Assembly: GCA_965248755.1 (NCBI GenBank)
Contig: OZ252149.1
Location: 3,328,001 to 3,392,000 of the forward strand
Direction of reading: 5' to 3'
Length of the DNA: 64,000 nucleotides
Source: Candidatus Latescibacterota bacterium
Lineage (GTDB): Bacteria > Latescibacterota > CBDEFO01
The translations under genes and the position numbers were made by a program. The notes under the pieces were generated by a model. The model saw nothing but the letters and a program-made list of their open reading frames with translations, was not told the origin of the DNA and made no database searches. This document shows, in pieces, positions 56,608 through 64,000 of the stretch (within the stretch, counting starts at the first letter, position 1; each line of letters begins with the position of its first letter).

Positions 56608-59600
56608 ATGACTACTAAGAGGACTCTTAAGTCGATGAAGCTGTTCGATGCAGTAGGTATCATGAGCATTTATGTGTTGACAGGGGTTTCCACTGTGGAA
56701 GCAACGCTTTGGGAAACTACCTCGGAAGACCATCTTATTTCGCATTCTGATTTTGTAGTACGAGGGGTAGCCACTGGGCAAGAAACGAGACGGGACAGTG
56801 CAAGAGTTTATGCTTATACCTCCTTCCTGGCGCTTGAGCAAGTGATAGGAAATATTCCTCAGCAAGAAATAATGATTAGGACACAAGGAGGCCAAATTGG
56901 CAATATAACATATAGTACTGTAGACGCAGCTAAACTTGACGTAGGTGCAGAATATTTTCTTTTTCTAAAGAAAATCGCGGATAACTCTATAGTGGTTGTC
57001 GGAGGACAATATGGCATGTTCCACGTGGTTAATGACAGCATTTTGAAGATAAGGAGGATACATGGGAAGGACATCAATTTGTCTCGCCAGGAGTTTATTG
57101 ACAAAGTAAGGGCAAGTGTCCGTGGTGAAAAAGTAGAATGGGAGACTCCATTTGCAGCGAAAGTTGCCAAAACGCTCGATGATAAATTTGTTGTTGAATC
57201 AGAGCCCCCACTAGACGAACCAGCTAGAGCGTGGGATAGATCTGATGCTACGTCGATCCCTTACTATATTAATCCGGATGGTGCACTTGATTCCAATGGT
57301 GACCCAATCCCGGTAAATGCTCTTGTAACTGCAGTAAAGAACGCCTTCTCTACTTGGAATAACGTCAACGACTCTTATGTCAATTTTGTCTACCAGGATA
57401 CAACCTCACGCGGGAGGGATAGAAAAAATGGATTCAATGACGTAAGCTGGGGTCCAATAACGGAATTCCCTGACATAGTGGCAACTACTGATAGAAGAGA
57501 GTCCTTTCAGAGGATATTAGAATTTGATATAATATGCAATGACACTAAACCCTGGAGTGCTTCGGGGCAGTCCAGTGCCTTCGATATCGAAAACACAGTC
57601 ACTCACGAAATTGGGCATACCCTTAAACTATACCACGCGAATAGTGATACTAATAATACTATGCATGAAGACACTTATCTCGGTGAGATTAAAAAGAGAA
57701 CCCTGGAGCAGGGAGATGCTGCTGGTGCCTCCTGGCTTTACAAGAAAGCGTTTGGTACTATAGATAGCAACACGGATCGGAGGAAATTCGAGTGGATGTC
57801 TCCGAATAAGTTCGTAGAGATGACAGGAAATGTTACCGTATTATCGGGAGACAGCCTAATAATAGATCCAGGCATGACAGTCGAGGTCTCTACAACTAAC
57901 TCAAAGCTTATTGTTAATGGTAAGCTGAAAGCGAACGGTAGTGCCTCTAGTAATATTATCTTCAGGGACGAGACTAGTAGTAACACGAAGGGAACGTGGT
58001 ACGGCATCGTCTTCAATTCGACAGCAGATCCTAACAGCTACGTCAAATACTGCGACATCAAAAACGCGAAATACGGTGTCTATGTCGATAATGCTGCTCC
58101 GGATATCAATGATAACATCATCTCTTACTCAACTGTAGGGATCAAGACCGTGGGAATGGACAGCGGAGGTAAAATCAGGAACAACACCTTGGAACTTAAC
58201 ACCACCGGGCTCTCCCTTAACTCCAGTTCAGTGCCTAATGTTCATGACAACACAAGTAAGGACAACGATAACATAGGTGTGTATATGGACAGCAGTTCTC
58301 CTTCTTCGTTCTACAACAATACAATGGATGGCAACGACGGTGAAGGGGTCTACCTCTTCAGTAATGCCAGTCCCACATTCGGGAACAACGTGATTACTGA
58401 CAGCGGTTTATGGGGGCTCCGCTTGTGGAACAATTCTGATCCGATACTCGAGGGCACGGGTACAACTGGAAGAAAAAACGATATCTTCGACAACGGGGGC
58501 AGCGCGAAGGCAGAGGTCTACTGTCAGAAGAACTCAGAACCTAAGCTTGGCCTTAGCTCTAATCCCGGTGACAATAATATCTACGATGATGCGGGGGGAA
58601 AAGTTATCTTCATCGACACAGGATACTCTTGGGCTTCTATTAATGCAGAATTCAATTGGTGGGGGACTACATCTCCAGATCCCGCTGTACTCTTTTCTCC
58701 TAGTACTGCTGTTGACTACGTGCCCTACGAAACAGCGTTAATCCCAAAACCTGTCGCGTTGGCCAGAGAAGTGTCCTTGCAAGAGGAGCGTCTGATACAA
58801 GCACTGCTGGCAGAGGAGAATCGGCAGTACGACGTTGCCGTAGGACATTACGATCAGCTTTTGCTGGAATCCTTTGAGGTGGAAATGGTAGAGCGTGCCG
58901 CCGATGGCCTTTTTCGGGCTGCACTGCATAGAGGAACAGATTTAAGCTCCGTAATCAGTCGGTTTGAAGCCCTGGCTTCGAGTCATCCGTCAGCCTCCGT
59001 GCGGCGCAAAGTGGTTGCTCTGTGGCGTCAGGCCCTGGTAGCTGATGGGCAGTACAATGCCGCTATAGCTGCGTATGAGCAGGAGATGACAGAAGCAGAG
59101 GATTTTGACGACCGGCTCTCTGCACAGAAGTCCTTGGGCGAAGTGTACATGTACTACATGAAAGACGAGACACGGGCTCGACAATTGTTAGAACCGATAT
59201 TGCGAGATTATCCGAATCACCCTGTGGCTTATGGCGCTTGGATGGTTCTTCTGGACGTAGAGGATTTGCCTCCACCGCCTGCGGGAAGAGAAGCCTCTCA
59301 ACCAATCGCCTCAGCTTCAACAGCATCAGGAGCATCTTCAGACATAGGTCTGGAAACATCACCTAATCCGTTCAACCCGAGCACTATCATAAGGTTCCAG
59401 TTACCGGAGACAGCCCGGGTACAGTTGTCCATCTACAATTTGTTAGGTCAACGTGTGCAGGAGTTGATGCCGGAGGAATTACAGCCTGCTGGAGAGTATG
59501 CGGTCGTCTGGAATGGGCAAGACGAGAGTGGTCAGCCAGTGGCAAGCGGGATGTATATAGTCCAATTGAAAATCAATGAAAGGACTTATACATTGGAAAC

Positions 59601-59643
59601 CAATGAACGGACATATACACGGAAAGTGATGCTGATGCGTTAG
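56608..59643 (+). CDS. Secreted matrixin-like metalloprotease with beta-helix, TPR-like and FlgD-Ig/T9SS-type C-terminal domains
   Basis: HEIGHTLKLYH plus Met-turn (NTMH); Asn-rich parallel beta-helix; helical repeats; PNPFNPSTII...ASGMY. Confidence 0.8.
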   Translation: MTTKRTLKSMKLFDAVGIMSIYVLTGVSTVEATLWETTSEDHLISHSDFVVRGVATGQETRRDSARVYAYTSFLALEQVIGNIPQQEIMIRTQGGQIGNITYSTVDAAKLDVGAEYFLFLKKIADNSIVVVGGQYGMFHVVNDSILKIRRIHGKDINLSRQEFIDKVRASVRGEKVEWETPFAAKVAKTLDDKFVVESEPPLDEPARAWDRSDATSIPYYINPDGALDSNGDPIPVNALVTAVKNAFSTWNNVNDSYVNFVYQDTTSRGRDRKNGFNDVSWGPITEFPDIVATTDRRESFQRILEFDIICNDTKPWSASGQSSAFDIENTVTHEIGHTLKLYHANSDTNNTMHEDTYLGEIKKRTLEQGDAAGASWLYKKAFGTIDSNTDRRKFEWMSPNKFVEMTGNVTVLSGDSLIIDPGMTVEVSTTNSKLIVNGKLKANGSASSNIIFRDETSSNTKGTWYGIVFNSTADPNSYVKYCDIKNAKYGVYVDNAAPDINDNIISYSTVGIKTVGMDSGGKIRNNTLELNTTGLSLNSSSVPNVHDNTSKDNDNIGVYMDSSSPSSFYNNTMDGNDGEGVYLFSNASPTFGNNVITDSGLWGLRLWNNSDPILEGTGTTGRKNDIFDNGGSAKAEVYCQKNSEPKLGLSSNPGDNNIYDDAGGKVIFIDTGYSWASINAEFNWWGTTSPDPAVLFSPSTAVDYVPYETALIPKPVALAREVSLQEERLIQALLAEENRQYDVAVGHYDQLLLESFEVEMVERAADGLFRAALHRGTDLSSVISRFEALASSHPSASVRRKVVALWRQALVADGQYNAAIAAYEQEMTEAEDFDDRLSAQKSLGEVYMYYMKDETRARQLLEPILRDYPNHPVAYGAWMVLLDVEDLPPPPAGREASQPIASASTASGASSDIGLETSPNPFNPSTIIRFQLPETARVQLSIYNLLGQRVQELMPEELQPAGEYAVVWNGQDESGQPVASGMYIVQLKINERTYTLETNERTYTRKVMLMR

Positions 59644-59669
59644 TTCAGCAGTATCGTCTAACAAAGACC

Positions 59670-59701
59670 AAGGCCTCAGTTCATCGTAGAACTGGGGCCT
59701 T
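59670..59701. terminator. Hairpin between convergent genes
   Basis: AAGGCCTCAGTTC-atcgta-GAACTGGGGCCTT. Confidence 0.6.
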
Positions 59702-59760
59702 GTCATGTTCCTACATCTGCTATCCGGACCGATGGAAAAAGAAGTTTCACAAAGATCATT

Positions 59761-60918
59761 TTACCGGTGTTTCCTGCCTTTCCAGCTGTATCCTCCCAGG
59801 CTTCCGAAGATCCCGACAGACACTATATACGGTATTTCCAGGACAAACCACAGTGGAAAATACTTCAGAAGGTCAAGGCGTCCATGTACGCTTCCACCTT
59901 TGAAGATGACAGCAAAGTCCGCAAGGGCTTTGACAGCTAAGCATACAAGTGGATGTGAAAGTGCCACTGCGCCTGAGAGGAGCGGCGTGTTCACAGCGGA
60001 GGGAACACTAAGGAGTAGGCCCAGATTCAAGAGGAACACTACGACCAGGTGAAGGAAGAACAGTTTATTCAGTGTATATTGGTATGGCGCGTTCGAGGCC
60101 CATCTTTTTCTCTGGCTTACGAATCCTTTGAAGGTCTTTTCCGCTGAAGTCCTATTATAGACCCCTTTGGAAGATGCAAACACGATTTTGGAATCTGTCT
60201 TTTTGTTGATAAGTTGAAGCAACAGGACATCGTCCCCCGAGACCCTATTCCCTATGCTCTCAAATCCTCCCACTTCCTCGAAGGTTTTTCTCCTGTAGCC
60301 CAGGTTCTGCGCGGATGCTGCAAGGGGAAAGCCCACGTTTGCGGCTCCAGCGGCAGCGGACATCAATGCGAGGAAGTCGAGCGCCTGAATCTTCTCAAAA
60401 AGGGTCTCTCTGTTGTTTTTCTCCTTATCCCCAAACTGAGAAAATCCGATGACCATTCCGACATCGTCGTCGAAGTAGCTCACCATACTTTCTATCCAGG
60501 TCTTCTCCACTCTGCAGTCCGCGTCGGTGGTAAGGATGATCTCCTCTCGGCTCTTTTTAATTCCGGTATTTATAGCGTTCTTCTTGGGAGAAAGCCCGCT
60601 TTCAGTTTCGTCAGCGTTTATCAGCCTGACGTTTTTGTATCTTCGGCAGAAATCCGCCACAATTTGGTAGGTTCTGTCCTTTGAGCCATCGTCCACTACG
60701 ACAATTGTGTAGCTTCCCTGGGGATAGGTCTGATTTACAAGGTCGCTTAAACACTCTCCTATGGAGTCCTCTTCATCTCGGGCTGGAACGATTACACAGA
60801 CGCTGTACCTTTTTCGGCTGTTGCCTTTATAGGAGAAAAAGAGTCCTATGAAGAAGACTGTTGCAGTGACAAGATATAAGAGTGTGAGAATAGCAAGCGG
60901 AATTGAAAGGGAGGACAT
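59761..60918 (-). CDS. Membrane glycosyltransferase family 2
   Basis: VPARDEE, DDGSKD, TDADC, SGDD, QRKRW; N- and C-terminal TMs. Confidence 0.92.
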   Translation of the reverse strand: MSSLSIPLAILTLLYLVTATVFFIGLFFSYKGNSRKRYSVCVIVPARDEEDSIGECLSDLVNQTYPQGSYTIVVVDDGSKDRTYQIVADFCRRYKNVRLINADETESGLSPKKNAINTGIKKSREEIILTTDADCRVEKTWIESMVSYFDDDVGMVIGFSQFGDKEKNNRETLFEKIQALDFLALMSAAAGAANVGFPLAASAQNLGYRRKTFEEVGGFESIGNRVSGDDVLLLQLINKKTDSKIVFASSKGVYNRTSAEKTFKGFVSQRKRWASNAPYQYTLNKLFFLHLVVVFLLNLGLLLSVPSAVNTPLLSGAVALSHPLVCLAVKALADFAVIFKGGSVHGRLDLLKYFPLWFVLEIPYIVSVGIFGSLGGYSWKGRKHR

Positions 60919-60933
60919 ATCTGCAAGCGGAAT

Positions 60934-62007
60934 CTATACGTATGTTTTGGGGGATGTGACAGATTCGATGCTGTGGAAAATACCTTTAAGTCCCTCGGTG
61001 CAGTTGCTGCACATAGGTATCGCTGCTCTGTCTTTGAGGATCTGATCTCTAAAGGCTCTATAGTTTTCCGCTCTCCAGATGTCTTTAAAACTTGTGTCGC
61101 CAAGGACACTGCCCATAGGGTAATCCACATCTTTGTCGAAGCAGCAGGCGGAGACATCGCCGTTCCAATTGATGACACAGCTATACCATATATGATTGCA
61201 GAAGTTTATAATTGTGGACTTTGTCCTTAGGGTTCCGTCGTCCGTGACGTAACGTCTGTACTGTTCATCCTCGGGGAGGAATTCTTCTGCCTCATCTTGA
61301 GTATAGACCTGGGCGGTCTTTATAGCCAATTTATCGACCTGGAGGTCCTCTGCAATTTCTTTTATGCTCTCGATCTCATTTTCGTTGTGTCTCATAACGA
61401 TGAACTGGAGATTTATTATAGGCGTTCTGCTTTTAAGTCTCCTCTTGGCCTGACACAGGTTTTTGACTCCCTGGATGACCCTGTTGAAGTCCCCTCCTTT
61501 GCGGTAGATCGCATAGCTTTCTGGAGTGGCGCCATCCAGGGATACAATTATTTCATCCAACCCGGACTTGACGACATCTTCAGCATCTTGGTCTTCTCTT
61601 AAGAAATGACCATTTGTGCTGGTTATAGTGGGAATGGCTTTCGACTTGGCATATCTGATCATCTCTGTAAATTCTCTGTTTATGAACGGCTCTCCCTGGT
61701 TCCAGAGCATCAGCAGGATCAGGTACTCTCCCATTTCGTCTACGATCCCTTTAAATTCGTCCAATCCCATAGTACCCCTTGCACGGGTCAGACCACCATT
61801 CCCGGAAGGACATAGGGGGCATTTCAAATTGCAGATATTGGTGGGTTCGATCATTAGCATCAATGGATATCCCCACACTATATTCATCCCTGTTAATCTG
61901 GATATAGCCATCGAAGAGACGACCTTGAGGAAGTTGAACATCCTCTTGAAGGAAAAGGCGTATCTGTAATCTATTGCGACCTGTAATTTTGAGAGATTAG
62001 ATAGCAT
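60934..62007 (-). CDS. Radical SAM protein with SPASM/twitch domain
   Basis: CNLKCPLC, GEP, STNG; C-terminal C...GDVSACC...CSNC. Confidence 0.9.
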   Translation of the reverse strand: MLSNLSKLQVAIDYRYAFSFKRMFNFLKVVSSMAISRLTGMNIVWGYPLMLMIEPTNICNLKCPLCPSGNGGLTRARGTMGLDEFKGIVDEMGEYLILLMLWNQGEPFINREFTEMIRYAKSKAIPTITSTNGHFLREDQDAEDVVKSGLDEIIVSLDGATPESYAIYRKGGDFNRVIQGVKNLCQAKRRLKSRTPIINLQFIVMRHNENEIESIKEIAEDLQVDKLAIKTAQVYTQDEAEEFLPEDEQYRRYVTDDGTLRTKSTIINFCNHIWYSCVINWNGDVSACCFDKDVDYPMGSVLGDTSFKDIWRAENYRAFRDQILKDRAAIPMCSNCTEGLKGIFHSIESVTSPKTYV

Positions 62008-62563
62008 AACGATATTTTCGATTACCGTAACAGCAATTTAGGATTGCCAAAGCATCTGAAAGTCCACCTATAATAACTCTTTAACCTTATTATGTCAAGT
62101 ATTTTCGTTGTGTGTCGATTACTATGTGGATAAAGCTATTGGAAAAGCCTTGGGGAAGTATGCGTCATGTCTCCTTCAGGATCGCATCTCCTATAGGGTC
62201 GGGGCGTGGTGGGCGCGTTACCGGGGTAGCAGCAAGCCAAGCCAATAGGTGAAGTTATCTCAACTACCGAAGCGACCTTGAAGACACCAAATAAACAAGG
62301 TCATCCCCCGAGTGCTTTCTGTCGTTGCTTCACGTAAATATAGGTACCTTCTATGTTATTCAGTAAGTTATGGGAATTAATTCACGTCTCATGAGGCTAC
62401 TCCTTAAAGGTTAAGTACATCTTCAAGGACATCTTATCAGCATGATTTAGACGCTACCTTTCCGAATCAAAGTTAGGGGCTTGATATTATCCTGAATGTA
62501 CGAGAGAAGCTACGAGAAAAGAGCTTAGAAGGTTTCGACCATAAGCGCTTGTTTTCTTATTAG

Positions 62564-62648
62564 TGCCGGGGACGGGACTCGAACCCGTATGTGATTATGT
62601 CACGAGGGATTTTAAGTCCCTTGCGTCTACCAGTTTCGCCACCCCGGC
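62564..62648 (-). tRNA. tRNA-Leu(TAA), CCA not encoded
   Basis: GCCGGGG/CCCCGGC acceptor stem, anticodon arm AGGGA-CTTAAAA-TCCCT, long variable arm, GTTCGA; ends GGCA-CTA. Confidence 0.95.
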
Positions 62649-62677
62649 AAAATCGCATGGCGACATATCTACAGGCT

Positions 62678-62706
62678 AACATAACCAATGCCCAACACTT
62701 TGTCAA
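62678..62706 (-). promoter_or_regulatory. Sigma70 promoter of tRNA-Leu
   Basis: TTGACA-17 nt-TATGTT. Confidence 0.7.
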
Positions 62707-62772
62707 GGAGTAATTAATCTGTAAAATGGCATTGTAATAAGATATGTGCAGGCGGCATGAGGGAAATTGTAT

Positions 62773-62801
62773 TTGACAAAAGCTCTGCCGGCTGTTATAT
62801 T
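62773..62801 (+). promoter_or_regulatory. Sigma70 promoter of mnmA
   Basis: TTGACA-17 nt-TATATT. Confidence 0.7.
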
Positions 62802-62847
62802 TTTTTGACAGTTCTTTCGGATTCATTGGTCCTTAGCCTTGTAGAGA

Positions 62848-63942
62848 ATGGAAATGGAGAATAGACATAACAACAGAATAGTCGTGGGAATGAGCGGTGG
62901 AGTCGATAGCTCAGTCGCAGCGGCTCTGTTAAAGGAGCAGGGGTACGATGTGGTGGGCATAACCATGCAGCTCTGGGATTTTGACAGTGGGTCATATAGC
63001 GTGTGCTGTTCCGTAGACTCCGTAAAGGACGCTAGCTCTGTGTGCCGTAAAATCGGTATTCCGCACTATGTGATAGATCTCAGGGAGCAGTTCAACAGGG
63101 CTGTCGTAGATAACTTTATAAATGAATATATAAATGGGCGCACGCCAAATCCCTGTGTAGTATGCAACAACGAGATAAAATGGGGAAGTCTCCTCAGGAA
63201 GGCCCGGGAGCTCGGAGCCGACAGGATAGCTACTGGTCACTATGCTCAAATAGCAAGGGACAGGAGATTTTCTATCCGATGCGGGCAAGATAAAACAAAG
63301 GATCAGTCGTACTTTTTGTGGGGTTTGAAACAGGAGATGTTGAAAAGGACACTATTCCCCTTAGGTGGACAGACCAAGGAAAATACGCGCAAAATAGCCG
63401 AAGATCTCGGCCTCAACACAGCCCATAAGGCTGAAAGCCAGGAGATATGTTTCGTCCCCGATGGCGATTACAGAAATCTTCTGCTGGAAAGGGCAAAAAG
63501 GATGGACAGCGTTCCCACCTCACTTCAAAATGGGCAGGTAGTCGACAAAGATGGACAGATTGTGGGCCTTCACAGGGGAGTGTCGTTCTATACTATAGGC
63601 CAAAGGAAAGGGGTAGGAATTGCGCTTGGGAAGCCTGTTTACGTTACCGATATAGATGTCCAGAGCAATACTCTGAGGGTCGGGGATGTGGAAGATCTCA
63701 GGCAAAGTGAGTTTACTGCAGCTTATACAAACTGGATTTCCATAGATCCTCCCCAGGGTTCTATCCAAGCTAAGGTCAAGATCAGATACGGGAACGAAGG
63801 TGCCCCGGGGGTAGTCACAGTCTTAGGGGACCAAAGGGTGTCTGTCCAATTGGAAGAATCACAAAAGGCTATTACGCCGGGACAGTCGGCTGTCTTCTAC
63901 GATGGCGATATATTGTTAGGAGGCGGCATAATAGAGAGTTGA
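62848..63942 (+). CDS. mnmA: tRNA-specific 2-thiouridylase
   Basis: MSGGVDSS, TPNPCVVCN, ATGHY, KDQSYFL, ESQEICF, TPGQ. Confidence 0.97.
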   Translation: MEMENRHNNRIVVGMSGGVDSSVAAALLKEQGYDVVGITMQLWDFDSGSYSVCCSVDSVKDASSVCRKIGIPHYVIDLREQFNRAVVDNFINEYINGRTPNPCVVCNNEIKWGSLLRKARELGADRIATGHYAQIARDRRFSIRCGQDKTKDQSYFLWGLKQEMLKRTLFPLGGQTKENTRKIAEDLGLNTAHKAESQEICFVPDGDYRNLLLERAKRMDSVPTSLQNGQVVDKDGQIVGLHRGVSFYTIGQRKGVGIALGKPVYVTDIDVQSNTLRVGDVEDLRQSEFTAAYTNWISIDPPQGSIQAKVKIRYGNEGAPGVVTVLGDQRVSVQLEESQKAITPGQSAVFYDGDILLGGGIIES

Positions 63943-64000
63943 TCGCAGCTTATGCATCTTTTGACAGTAGAGTTTCAATCTCGCGAGTATATGCCACAGC

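Noticed and set aside
59761..62007. Radical SAM/SPASM plus GT2 as a RiPP cluster
   Set aside because: No precursor peptide, RRE domain, transporter or peptidase nearby; more likely envelope or glycan modification
62150..62563. Integrated element at the tRNA-Leu 3' end
   Set aside because: No integrase gene, and no duplicated tRNA 3' end (att site) found in the window
1..64000. Genome-wide TAG reassignment
   Set aside because: TAG ends lpxA, skp, bamA, the tamB-like gene and others at their expected C-termini

Overview
Bacterial chromosomal window from a diderm (LPS-making) organism. The lpxC-fabZ fusion, FlgD-Ig/T9SS-type C-terminal tails and cohesin/dockerin-like modules suggest an FCB-associated lineage such as Latescibacterota; this is an inference. 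About 3.7-39.7 kb is an almost unbroken minus-strand run: PAS/GAF kinase, receiver, glgC, glnD, ftsK, lolA, S8 protease, HIT, prfB (programmed frameshift), lysS, lolCD, mcsAB-clpC, tamB-like, bamA, skp, lpxD, lpxC-fabZ, lpxA and an eda-like gene. The right third holds a ~1950-aa repetitive surface protein, other secreted proteins, a larA-family gene, decayed galU/hicBA, GT2, radical SAM, tRNA-Leu(TAA) and mnmA. Four observations stand out. (1) Three unrelated secreted proteins share a C-terminal T-x-V-x3-[TS]WGx[IV]K tail, one being a cohesin-like protein next to a giant dockerin+cohesin protein; this may be an undescribed sorting/scaffold system. (2) Two paralogous ECF sigma genes each have a sigma54 promoter and a long leader hairpin with a C6 apical loop. 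(3) A tandem-domain gene has TAG at the same aligned position in both repeats. (4) A heptamer-repeat element appears both empty and bracketing a homopolymer-frameshifted PaREP1/HEPN-like gene. All calls come from reading the sequence; no searches were run.
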